Source: Trueperaceae bacterium
GTDB taxonomy: Bacteria; Deinococcota; Deinococci; Deinococcales; Trueperaceae
NCBI GenBank assembly: GCA_965213925.1
Contig: OZ243927.1
Coordinates: 1,184,001-1,248,000, forward strand
Length of the DNA: 64,000 nt
Direction of reading: 5' to 3'
In this document: piece by piece, positions 51,051 to 60,720 of the stretch
Numbering within the stretch: position 1 is the first letter of the stretch
How the letters are laid out: the number at the start of each line of letters is the position of its first letter
Translations under genes and position numbers: made by a program
Notes under the pieces: model-generated
Told to the model about the DNA's origin: nothing
The model's database searches: none
Seen by the model: the letters and a program-made list of their open reading frames with translations, nothing else

Positions 51051-51339
51051 TAGCAGGTTCCTTCGCTTACGAAGTTTCCCTCCGGGAAGGCTGCGCGCAA
51101 TCAAAATCTGTCTCACTAACGTTCGGAGCTGGTTTGAGCCAATCTCACAGGGTAGAACATCGCCTAGCACGCACTTTCAGGGATGACCTGTTCCCGGTTA
51201 CACCGTTTTCGCGAATGCGAAAGGGAAACTTCGTAAGCGTCGCGTGGTTCACGAAGTACTTCCGAAGGAAACCGCTCCCGCTAGCTGCTTTAGCGGGTAT
51301 ATCTGCGGAGAAGTGGTGCAATGTCAAGTGGAAATGCTA
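51051..51339. mobile_element. MITE-like family B copy with nested insertions
   Basis: Ends TAGCAGG / GTGGAAATGCTA; 162-bp match to 33212-33373. Confidence 0.82.
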
Positions 51340-51448
51340 GTTAGTTTGATATAGATGTACCAAATACTCAGTACATCTATCTCTATCCCTCGAGGTCGAG
51401 GATGCGTTGTAATGCTGAGGGACGCGCTAACGGTCTCTCTGCCGGGGG

Positions 51449-52510
51449 GTGGAAGCGAGATGGGTTGCTCCTACGCACCCATCTTTTTTGTTTACGCCGC
51501 GCAAAAGAGGTATCTCTGCACGTCACGGGAGGCAGCCTTTGACGCAGCGCGCAGCGAACACACCTGATCATCAGTGGGGCGGGTCAGACAACCCCACACC
51601 AGTTTCCCTTGCCAACGTGTTGGGTGAGCCCGCGCTGCTAAGCCGAGCGGCGCTCGACGCGCTCGAGCAGCCCCTCGTGGTGGTGGACAAGCAGGGGACG
51701 ATTAGGGCGACCAACTCAGCCTGGCGGCGCTTCCGCCGGGCGCTGGGTCACCCCGCCGACGCCCTCGTCGGCAGGTCGTTCGCGGAGACGTGCTTGCAGG
51801 ACGCGACTGCGGGCAAAGGGGCGAATGAAGGGGCGAACCGCGAGGACGCCGCGTCGCTCTACGCTGGGCTTATGGCGGTCTTATCAAACCGCTTAGCGCG
51901 GTGCTCGCTCGAGCTGACCTACGCCGGGCGCACCTTCGCGGTCACCCTCACGCCGCTGCCGGACACGGCTGGGGCCGTGATCGCGTACTTCGAGATCACT
52001 GAGCGCAAAAACTATGAGGCGCGTATTGAGCGTCTCGCGAACCACGACCCCTTGACCGGGCTCTTCAACCGGCGCTTCTTCACCCTAGAAGCGGAGAAAA
52101 CCCTGGCGCTGGCTCGGCGTGAAGGGGGCGATTTCGCCCTACTCTTCCTCGACTTAAACTATTTCAAAAAGGTCAATGACGGCTTCGGTCACGTTTTTGG
52201 AGACGCGCTTTTAGGCGAAGTTGCGAAGCGGCTGAGCGCGTGTACACGCGCGAGCGACCTCTTGGCGCGGCTTTCGGGCGACGAGTTCGTGGTGCTTTTA
52301 CAGCACGTCTCGCCCCGTGACGTGCAGAGGGCAGTGACGCGCTACCAGGCGTGTTTCGCGCAGCCTTTTTTGGTGCAGGGGGAAGAGGTCGGGCTCGGAG
52401 GAAGTTTCGGCGTAGCCCACTATCCCGGCGACGGCAGTACCCTGGTCGACCTACTGGGTCAAGCTGACCGGAGGATGTATAGGGTGAAAAGGGCGGGTGG
52501 TCGAGGGTGA
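51449..52510 (+). CDS. PAS + GGDEF-domain protein (SGDEF variant); start uncertain
   Basis: HDPLTGLFNRR, DLNYFKKVND.FGH, RLSGDEF, ADRRMY. Confidence 0.88.
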   Translation: MEARWVAPTHPSFLFTPRKRGISARHGRQPLTQRAANTPDHQWGGSDNPTPVSLANVLGEPALLSRAALDALEQPLVVVDKQGTIRATNSAWRRFRRALGHPADALVGRSFAETCLQDATAGKGANEGANREDAASLYAGLMAVLSNRLARCSLELTYAGRTFAVTLTPLPDTAGAVIAYFEITERKNYEARIERLANHDPLTGLFNRRFFTLEAEKTLALARREGGDFALLFLDLNYFKKVNDGFGHVFGDALLGEVAKRLSACTRASDLLARLSGDEFVVLLQHVSPRDVQRAVTRYQACFAQPFLVQGEEVGLGGSFGVAHYPGDGSTLVDLLGQADRRMYRVKRAGGRG

Positions 52511-52993
52511 ACAGCGCCCAAACGCAGAGGTTGCCCAAGCGCGTGCTCCGCGACGCGCACTTAGCCGCCCTGACGCGGACCTTTCGGGGGCTGGAGGACC
52601 TCTTGGGTGCCTCCGCGCGCTTGCCAGCGAAGCTGCCTACCAGGACGCCGCGCAGAGGGTCGCAGCCTCTAAAGAGGGGGCAGCGGCGGCCTACCTCGAC
52701 CTCGCTGAACTCACGGCGCTAAAAGATGAGGTCGAGCGCTTTACGGTTGCGCTCGCTCACAAGGTAGAGGCGCGGCGCGGGCGGGTCAACTGAGAAAGGT
52801 CTGCAACTAATAAGGTGTCCTGTTTTATTATCAGCATTTCCATGTGTCGCTGCAGCGTGACTGAGACGGTACCCAAGCAGGTCGGCGTGCCTGTGGTGCT
52901 GGTGCGGGGAGTGATACCGATGTAAACGCCCGCGTCAACGTCATTCGAATAAAAACGTTTAACAAACCCGTTCATCACGCGAAAGGAAAACGT

Positions 52994-53200
52994 ATGGCTA
53001 TCATCAAGGTAATCGAAGTGCTCGCTCAGTCCCCCAACAGTTTCGACGACGCGGTTAAAGAGGCGCTCAAAGAGGCGTCTAAGTCGGTGCAGGGCATCCA
53101 GAACATCTACGTCAAGGAGATGCAAGCGGTTGTCGAGAACGACCAGATCACGATGTACCGCGTCAACGCTAAGGTCTCGTTCGCGGTGGGCGAAGCGTAG
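52994..53200 (+). CDS. Dodecin-family protein
   Basis: KVIEVLAQS..SFDDAV...YRVNAKVSF; AAGGA RBS. Confidence 0.9.
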   Translation: MAIIKVIEVLAQSPNSFDDAVKEALKEASKSVQGIQNIYVKEMQAVVENDQITMYRVNAKVSFAVGEA

Positions 53201-53317
53201 AGTAAAAAAGCACAGTCAAGCGCAAAAGAGCAGCGAGTCGCGCCTCGAGGCAAGCCGAGAACGCCCTGCTCACCACGGTGGCGTACAGCGAAGGTTGAGC
53301 AGTCGCGAATAAGTAAA

Positions 53318-53344
53318 GCGCCCCGAACTCTGAGTTCGGGGCGC
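53318..53344. terminator. Perfect inverted repeat between convergent genes
   Basis: GCGCCCCGAACTC-T-GAGTTCGGGGCGC. Confidence 0.6.
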
Positions 53345-53400
53345 AAGGCATCAGCAGTGCGGACTACGGGACGCTACCTATCACGGTTCGGTACAGATGG

Positions 53401-53883
53401 CTACTCGTCGTAGGTCGCCGCTCTCGACTCGTCTTTGGTGTCGGGCCGGTCCCCCTCGACGAAGTTCTTGATGGACTCCAGCGCCGAGACCAGCCCCTCT
53501 TGTACGTCGTCGCGGTCGGGCGCTTGTTCGGAGGTGTTGTCCCCCGGCGGGTCGCCCTCCCCGTGCGGGGGCGCGCCCGTAAAGGTCAGGTGCACCGTCA
53601 CGTCCGAGCCGTTCCCGTTCTCCGCGATCTCCAGCCAGCCCGAGTAGTACCCCTCGTCCGCGCCCCACTCGAGCCGGTAGTTCTCCCGGTCCTCCCGGAA
53701 GTAACCCTCCGAGTCGTACTCGTGCCCTTGGGCTTCGCCTTTGACCTCGACGCGCTCGCCTTGCGCGGGCTCGGCGCTGTGGGTCGTCGGCAGGTACTTG
53801 GGCAGGTTGCGCACGTCCGCGACGAAGTCCCAAACCCTGTCCGGTGACGCCTCTACGTTGGTGGTGTGTTCAAATTCGCTCAT
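53401..53883 (-). CDS. SRPBCC (polyketide cyclase/dehydrase-like) protein
   Basis: VEASPDRVWDFVADVRNLPKYLP; C-terminal helix ALESIKNFVE. Confidence 0.85.
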   Translation of the reverse strand: MSEFEHTTNVEASPDRVWDFVADVRNLPKYLPTTHSAEPAQGERVEVKGEAQGHEYDSEGYFREDRENYRLEWGADEGYYSGWLEIAENGNGSDVTVHLTFTGAPPHGEGDPPGDNTSEQAPDRDDVQEGLVSALESIKNFVEGDRPDTKDESRAATYDE

Positions 53884-54274
53884 GCTACCCCTCCGACGCC
53901 AACGTAGACCTTTCGGGAAGAACCGTTATGATTCGCGCCTACAGTCTCTGCACGGGTTTCTGCACAAGTTTTTATAATAGCGGCTCACTATAAGACCTTG
54001 CGCGGCGTCGCACTTTCCTAGTCTCGGCTGGGTTTAGAGTGGGTGTAGCGGCACGCAGACCTCGAGCGTCTACGTGACGAAGATTTAGAGCGGTATGGGT
54101 TCCAATACGCTGTCTTAGATAAGTCCACAACGACAGTGACGTCTTCAGAAGCTGAGACCGCGAGGAGTTCGGAACGTGTTCGAAGCTGTCCCTGCCATCA
54201 GCGATGTGGAGGCTGAAGGGCTGTGAGATAACAGCCACGGTAGAGGGGTTGTAGGCGAAAGCTAGACGGCGCTG

Positions 54275-54315
54275 AAGAGAAAGAGGAGGCTCCACAGTTG
54301 GTGGAGCCTCCTCTT
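54275..54315 (-). terminator. Intrinsic terminator downstream of the Cu/Zn SOD gene
   Basis: AAGAGGAGGCTCCAC-agttg-GTGGAGCCTCCTCTT with a pyrimidine tail on the minus strand. Confidence 0.75.
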
Positions 54316-54326
54316 CTTAGGTACAG

Positions 54327-55427
54327 CTACTGCGCCCGCTCGAGCACCCCGCAGGCGATACGCGAGCCCGCCTTGCCGCCTGGGTCGGTCTCCTTGTTGT
54401 CAACCCCCGCGTGGATGATGAGCGCCGTGCCGCCGGGCTTGAGGAACGGGTTCTCGCCCTCCAGACTCGCCAGGGGGAAGCGCACCTCTAAGACGGCGCT
54501 GCCGTCCCCATTAAAGGCGTAGTTATAGTTCTCGCTGTCGCCCACGTGCGGGCCGTTGTCCTCGCCGTGCCCCACGTTTGTCGGGTTGTAGTGCCCGCCC
54601 GCCGCGCCCGCTGCCTCTAGGACGCCGTCGCCGTCTGTATCAGCCGCCTCACAGGAACCGTTCTCGTGGACGTGGACGGCGTGCAGTCCCCCGGAGATGA
54701 CGTCGTTGGCGGAGAGGTCAAGCGCCATCAGCACGCCGCCCCCCTCGGCTTCGCTGAAGGTAGCCGTGCCGAGCGTGTTGGACAGGTCCTCGGCAGAGAC
54801 GACGGAGGCGTTAGCGCCGACCTCCACGTCGTCGTCACTCGTCACGACGACGTAACCCTGCTCCGACTCGCTCGCTTCGCCTGCAGCGTCCGTGACCTCA
54901 GCGCCGAACACGTAGGCGAACTCGTCCCCCGCGCCTTCTAGCTCAGTGATATTGAGCGCGTCCTCGTCCACCCTGACCTCGTAGATGCAGGTGACGCTCG
55001 TCGGGCTGTCCGAGAGTTCGCAGTCGCTCGTGGGCTCGCTGATGCCGGTAGGCTGCCCTAAAGTGAAGAAGCTCTGGGCGGGGTCCAAGGGACCGTTCAG
55101 CCCCTCGGGTAGGTCGTTGAGTAAGCTCACCTCGATGTCGGTGATGCCGTCCGGGTCCTCGTAGTTGACCTGTACGTAGAACGCGCCGCCCGGTGCGACC
55201 CGGATGACGCGGCTGTCCGAGGCGTCCGTGATGTTCCCCTCCGCGTCACTCAGGTAGGGACCGCCGTAGCTCTCGCTCACCCCGAAGCTGCCCGCAGGGG
55301 CGTCTTCGCTGACGTCCTCGCCAGGCTGGGTGACGTTCGAGCCGCCCAACTGGTCGCAGGCGACAAAGAGTAGCGGAAACAGAATTAAAAGTAGGTGTAG
55401 AGATGACAATCGGAAGAAACGCTGCAT
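54327..55427 (-). CDS. sodC: Cu/Zn superoxide dismutase lipoprotein with an extra N-terminal domain
   Basis: Lipobox FVAC; HAVHVHENGSC, AGGHYNP, H...HVGD, LIIHAG.D, GSRIACG. Confidence 0.85.
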   Translation of the reverse strand: MQRFFRLSSLHLLLILFPLLFVACDQLGGSNVTQPGEDVSEDAPAGSFGVSESYGGPYLSDAEGNITDASDSRVIRVAPGGAFYVQVNYEDPDGITDIEVSLLNDLPEGLNGPLDPAQSFFTLGQPTGISEPTSDCELSDSPTSVTCIYEVRVDEDALNITELEGAGDEFAYVFGAEVTDAAGEASESEQGYVVVTSDDDVEVGANASVVSAEDLSNTLGTATFSEAEGGGVLMALDLSANDVISGGLHAVHVHENGSCEAADTDGDGVLEAAGAAGGHYNPTNVGHGEDNGPHVGDSENYNYAFNGDGSAVLEVRFPLASLEGENPFLKPGGTALIIHAGVDNKETDPGGKAGSRIACGVLERAQ

Positions 55428-55713
55428 AGTGCCCCCCATAGGCTATAAGTGGAAGTTGCGCCGCCCCTCGGCGGTGTGTGATGGTGCAGTGCTGATAGAG
55501 TCTCAGTGTGCTCTATAAAAGACCAAAAGGACAAGGGGGCAGCCTACACAAGGGGTAATTGCTGAACGGTATTTTAGGACCGAGCGCTTACACGAGAGAT
55601 GCTCCGCAACTTTGAAGACGCTCCAACCCAATGAGTGCTGCGGCGCTGTCCCCCTCGCTCCTCTTCCGTATGCTCTTCCTGAGGCGTCAGCCTCAACTCA
55701 AGGGGGAGTAGCT

Positions 55714-56187
55714 ATGAACGAAGACAACCTTAAACAACTCTTAGCCGATGGACTGTTGGCCCTCAAAGCGGGCGGGCGCATCGCCGCCGAGTCAGCCGAC
55801 GAGATCAAGGGCTCAGCGTCCGACGACGAGCTGAAGTCGCTGCTGGAGGAAGGCAACGAAAAGTCTAAAGAGTGGAGAGCGCGCGTGAACCGGGCGATGG
55901 AGGAAGTGGGCGCGAGCGGCGAGGGCGAGAACCCGATCATGAGGGCGCACTACGACGTCTCGAAGCAGATTCGCGAAGCCGCGCCGGACGACCAGGTACG
56001 CGACCTGGGCATCATCACCTCGGGGCAGCTGGTGTTGCACTACTGGATCGCGGCGTTCGGCACGATGGCGGCGTACGCGAAGCAGCTTGGGCTGGAGACG
56101 ACGAAGCAGGAGCTGGGAAGCTCTATGGAGGAGGCGAAGCAGGCGGACGAGGCGCACACGCAGCTCGCCGAGCGCATCATGAGCTAA
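55714..56187 (+). CDS. DUF892 / YciF ferritin-like protein
   Basis: RDLGII..GQ...HY.IA.FGT..AYA.QLG, EAKQADE pattern; GGGGGAG RBS. Confidence 0.82.
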   Translation: MNEDNLKQLLADGLLALKAGGRIAAESADEIKGSASDDELKSLLEEGNEKSKEWRARVNRAMEEVGASGEGENPIMRAHYDVSKQIREAAPDDQVRDLGIITSGQLVLHYWIAAFGTMAAYAKQLGLETTKQELGSSMEEAKQADEAHTQLAERIMS

Positions 56188-56288
56188 GACGCCGGACTGA
56201 CGGGAGACAAGGAGGGGCTCATGGTGAGCCCCTTCTCTCATATTTGGTCGGGTCGACGGCAACGTGAGGCTGTTACACTAGTCGCCGA

Positions 56289-56810
56289 ATGATCTTCTTC
56301 AACTCCTGGGCAGATATAGGGCGCGTGCTGCTGGTCGGTCCGCTCGCCTACCTCACCCTCCTGCTGATGCTGCGCGTTTCGGGCAAAAGGACGCTCTCGA
56401 AGCTCAACGCCTTCGACTTCATCGTCACGGTCGCTTTGGGCTCGGTGCTGGCGAGCACGCTCTTGAGTAAAGATGTGGCGCTCGCCGAGAGCGTCGCGGC
56501 GCTGGCTGTACTCATCGTCGGTCAGTTCATCATCACCTACTTGTCGGTGCGTTCAAAACGCTTCCAGGACTTCGTCAAGGGGGAGCCAACGCTTCTCTAT
56601 TACAAACAGCGCTTCTTAGAGGCGCAAATGAGGCGTGCGCGTGTGACGAAAGAGGAGGTGAGGGCGGCGGTGCGGGCGAGCGGGCAGGGGTCGCTCGAGC
56701 AGGTCGGGGCGGTGGTGCTCGAGACAGATGGCAGCTTGTCGGCGGTAGGAGATTCAGAGAGCAGCGCTAGCGGGTGGCTTGCGAACGTCGCTGAGCCTGG
56801 AGAGGGATGA
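56289..56810 (+). CDS. DUF421 / YetF-family membrane protein
   Basis: GKRTLSKLNAFDF...ALGS, GEPTLL, VLETDGSLS. Confidence 0.9.
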   Translation: MIFFNSWADIGRVLLVGPLAYLTLLLMLRVSGKRTLSKLNAFDFIVTVALGSVLASTLLSKDVALAESVAALAVLIVGQFIITYLSVRSKRFQDFVKGEPTLLYYKQRFLEAQMRRARVTKEEVRAAVRASGQGSLEQVGAVVLETDGSLSAVGDSESSASGWLANVAEPGEG

Positions 56811-57124
56811 ACCGTAGGGCCGAGCAAGGCTTCTGCAACAGACGCGCGCGTTAGTCGCACTGTAGTTCAGGACGTGCGACGGTATCATGGATTTGCGGCT
56901 TAATAAAGTGGCCGAACCGTTTTGACCCCCCTGCAGCGTCAAGCGCCCATAGCTGGGTTCAAAGCACCGCTTGTCGACATGCTCGAGCGCTTCCATTACG
57001 TAATTTTCGCACACCGCGCCAACAACTTGGCTGACCTTCCTTTTGTCGCGCCTCGCTGCTCCGATTTGAAAAGTTGCATCCTGCCCGCATAGGTTACACT
57101 TCATTGCCTCTTTACCCTCTCGAC

Positions 57125-58740
57125 TGGCATTGGTCCATCGCCTTGGACAAAGTTAGTAGGAATAGACTTTGCTAAGGAGGAAGACAATGGCAGAAGGTAA
57201 AAGGGTTGTTCGGCAATATCCAGTCGAGTTCATACCCGCTGAAGCAGGGCACAGGAATTGGCGCGGTGGAACTGGTAGAAAAAAAGGGCTATCCAGTCAA
57301 GCTGGCGGCTTTAGCTTCCGCAGGAACGAACGGTGGCATCACTGAGGCAGCGAGAAGTCTGGGTATTTCCGAGTCGAACATCCACAAGTGGCGTAAGCAG
57401 TACCGGGAAGGGCGCTTAGTGATGGGGCATAAACGGGCACAGCCCACGGCTGATGAAGCTGAGTTACGGCGCTTGCAGGCGGAGGTGAAGCGGCTCGAGA
57501 CGGAGATTGGCGATTGTAAAAAAGGCCGCGAAGAGCCCTCAGCGAGAGGTTCCTTCGGAAGCTTCGCGCAATCATCTTTCAATCTAAGCGCGTAGATAAC
57601 GGCATGCTACGCAGTCGCGTGGACCGCTCCCGCTAGCAGCTGAGGCTCCTTTTTACTTTGCGAAACAGACGACCTAAAATGCACCTTCATCGAGGGGCAT
57701 CAAGGCGAGTTTTCCTGCTGTGTGAGGTGCTGGGCGTGGCTAGGAGCAGCTATTACCACTGGCGGGCGCGTCGGCAACGAGAGCCAAGCGAACGCGAGCG
57801 CAAGAACACCGAGCTACTGGAGAAGATCAAAGCGGTATTCGAGAAAAACAGGGGCAGGTATGGTAGCCCTCGGGTCCACCTAGAACGGGCAAAGCCCGCC
57901 CCTTCGGGGCTAGTTCGCTGAGCTGAAAAAGCAACAGGTCGCCTGCTCTTTGGGACGGGTCAAGCGGTTGATGCGTAAAGAAGGGCTCTTTGCTGTGAGC
58001 AGCAAGAAGGTCCACTTCAAACGGGAGCGGTGCGACCTCGAGACCCAGAACTTGTTGCTAGAGCAGCCACGCCCGACGGCGATCAATCAGGTGTGGCACG
58101 TCGATATCACGTACATTCCTACTGCCGAGGGCTGGCTCTACCTGGCGGGCGTCATGGACGCGAAGAGTCTTTAACAGCAGGTAGCATCTGGTCATGAACG
58201 CAGCAGGTTGGAAACGGCATGGTACGCCCTGTTAAAGACTTCTCTCCAAGCGCATTGTCGGCTACGCCATCCAGTCAAGCTGGACGAACGGTGAGCGACA
58301 ACATGAAGACCGACCTGGTGCTGCAAGCTCTACGCTCAGCCACGACCCGGCGCAAGCCCCCACCCGGCTTGATCCATCATAGCGACAGGGGGAGCCAATA
58401 TACTTCCTACGCCTATGGGCGTGAACTCGCCGCTTGTAAGATGTTGCCGAGTTTCATAGGTAAGGGCGCGTGCTTCGATAATGCGGTGATTGAAAGCTTC
58501 TGGTCAACGCTGAAAAGAGAACTCGTCTACCCAATAGGGCGCTTCGACACCCGCGATGACGCCCGAGTTGCAGTGTTTGAGTACATCGAGGTCTATTACA
58601 ACCGCGAGCGGCTGCACAGCTCGCTCAACTACGAGACGCCTGACACCTTCGAACTATCCCAACAGCAAAGAGAGAATCAGGAGGTGAGCCTAGCCGCTTA
58701 GCTGTATACTTTGGCTGTCCAAGGTTTTAAGCCAAGCCTA
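57125..58740 (+). mobile_element. IS3-family insertion sequence, inactivated by at least six internal insertions
   Basis: Imperfect IRs TGGCATTGGTCCATCGCCTTGGACA / TGTCCAAGGTTTTAAGCCAAGCCTA; OrfA HTH from ATG 57187; AAAAAAG slippery site near 57518; OrfB WHVDITYI, HHSDRGSQY, DNAVIESF, YYNRERLHS. Confidence 0.93.
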
Positions 58741-58865
58741 TCCGTCACCTTGACCTTGCGACTGGGCACGCGCTCTAGCTGCTGGACCAGCTCGAAGGCT
58801 TTGTAATCTTCGCCTGCCCTAAGGTATTGGTAGGAGGTGTAGCCGTCGCAGCGTTTGCGCTGCGT
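58741..58865 (-). pseudogene. 5' fragment of a gene truncated at the IS3 right end (resembles a membrane dipeptidase N-terminus)
   Basis: AAGGAG RBS then ACG; reads QRKRCDGYTSYQYLRAGEDYKAFELVQQLERVPSRKVKVT up to the IS end; family assignment from memory. Confidence 0.55.
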
Positions 58866-59147
58866 AGGTCTCCTTAAAAACGTAGCGATTAACTGCGCGG
58901 GTCGAGCACGTCACGGAGGGTGTTGCCAAGTAGATTAAAAGTCAATACGGTAATGGCGATGAAAAGCCCCGGCCAAACCGCCAACGTCGGTTCTAAAAAG
59001 AGGTACTGCTGCGCGTTTTGCAGCATGTTCCCCCAGGAGGCTAAGGACTATCGCCGAGGCTTTTTCTCGGTGATAGGGAATTAAACGGAATCCGTATCAC
59101 CCGTCTCGGCACAGCGCGCTTCACCCGAACGGTTTAGACTGTCAGCC

Positions 59148-59771
59148 GTGCGCACCCACTCTTTCGATAGGCTCACCTCGACCCGCTTCTGGCGGCGGCT
59201 TGTGCAGCTCAACCTCGGGCTCGCAGGTCTGGCACTCGGGATCGCCCTAGTTCTCACCGCGAATATTGGCTTGGGTCCTTGGCCCGTTTTTCACGAGGGC
59301 GTCAGCCTGCGCTCGGGTCTCTCGTTCGGGCGGGTTATGCAGCTCACGGGGCTGCTCGTTATCGTGCTCGGCTACCTCCTTTCGGGAATTAAGCCGGGGC
59401 TCGGCACGCTGCTCAACATGGTTCTAGTTGGATTGTGGGTTGACCTCTTCACGGCGCAAGGGTGGTTCCCGGTAGCAAACGAACTTCTCTGGGGAACGGC
59501 GCAGTGTCTGCTCGGTATTGTCTTGGTCGGTCTCTCGAGCGGGCTCTATATCACGGCGGGGTTCGGCGCGGGACCGAGAGATGGGTTGGTGCTGGGGCTC
59601 TCCCGAACTCTGAAGCTGAGCGTTCGGAAGGTGCGGGCACTGCTCGAGCTTTCCGTCTTGGTGACCGGCTTTCTCCTGGGCGGTTCGGTCGGACTGGGAA
59701 CGGTGCTATTCGCGCTCTTCATCGGGCCGCTGATGCAGTTTGCATTGCGGCTCTTTAAGGCGGGGACGTGA
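59148..59771 (+). CDS. YczE/YyaS/YitT-family membrane protein
   Basis: GLGPW.VFH.G, GLGTLLN, GAGPRDGL, GGSVGLGT...ALFIGP. Confidence 0.88.
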   Translation: MRTHSFDRLTSTRFWRRLVQLNLGLAGLALGIALVLTANIGLGPWPVFHEGVSLRSGLSFGRVMQLTGLLVIVLGYLLSGIKPGLGTLLNMVLVGLWVDLFTAQGWFPVANELLWGTAQCLLGIVLVGLSSGLYITAGFGAGPRDGLVLGLSRTLKLSVRKVRALLELSVLVTGFLLGGSVGLGTVLFALFIGPLMQFALRLFKAGT

Positions 59772-60428
59772 CGCGCCGAGTTTCGTTCGGGTTGACCTGA
59801 CCTAATACACTTCGGGTGAGCCCGCCGGGTGCGTCCCTGACGGTCAGACACAATCGGCACTGCCTCGCTCAGGCGGCAGCGCCCACCATCTGCGACCGGG
59901 TCAGGTTGCTCCGGATGCGCGCCTCCGACACGGCGAGGTAGCGCTCGAGGCGCGGGTCCGCCGCGCCGACCTGCCTCAACATCCGACGAAGGGGCAGGAT
60001 TTGGTCGCAGCGGTATACTAAAGGGTGTCGGCCCCATCTTCTCTCCACGACGCCGCGCGCCACCCGGTGCTCGCTTCGCGCCCCGCACGGCTGGGGTGAA
60101 CGCGGAGCCCGATGTACTGGACGCGTGGGCGGGGGCTACAGCCCGAACCGACTGGCGGCGGACCTGCTGGAGCAGGCGGGACGGCGGCTGAGCACCCCGC
60201 GATAGGCGCTCACGTCACGCTCAATATACAAGCCAATAAAAGTTTTGACCAAAACAATTGATAAATCGCTCAGCCTTGCTGCGCTCGCTCTTTGCCCAAT
60301 TCACGTTTCAACGCAGCGTAGTTTAGCAGCGGGACTACTAGGCCTGTTGAAAGCCGCTTCGAGGTCATTCCTAGATTAGACAAAAAAGTAGTGGTAAGCA
60401 AAGAAGCCACGTTTTAGGGAGTATTTAC

Positions 60429-60720
60429 TGTGCTAAGACCAACTGTTCCATCGTTGTCTCTATCTTTGACATATAAAGGGGTTCTACCTGCGAGCTATAG
60501 GATAGACTCCGCCCTACGGCGAGCGTAGGATAGACTCCTCTGAGAGAAAGAATCTCGTCTTCCACTCTCAACTAGTTGAGAGTGCGAGTTACGAAGTTTT
60601 GGCAGTAGCCAATTGCAGAGTTTTAGCGTAACTAAACAAGACCTTTACGCCTTCGCCGGACTTCGTCGTACTGTGTAGACAGGGTAACATTCCATATTGT
60701 AGAACTTAATTGACAGTGCG
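60429..60720. mobile_element. Degenerate MITE-like family A copy (left end uncertain)
   Basis: TAGGATAGACTCC tandem, GTTACGAAGTTTTGGC, CGCCTTCGCCGGACTTCG; right end TTGACAGTGCG followed by CTTAG. Confidence 0.7.

Noticed and set aside
52497..52793. Hypothetical 98-aa ORF after the GGDEF gene
   Set aside because: Two overlapping frames each look partly coding, possibly a frameshifted remnant; no assignable product
56754..57104. 116-aa minus-strand ORF starting MKCNLC
   Set aside because: Overlaps the DUF421 gene end and has no recognisable homology; cannot be supported without a search
59775..60215. GC-rich stretch with ORF-like fragments on both strands
   Set aside because: No recognisable family or consistent frame; possibly gene debris
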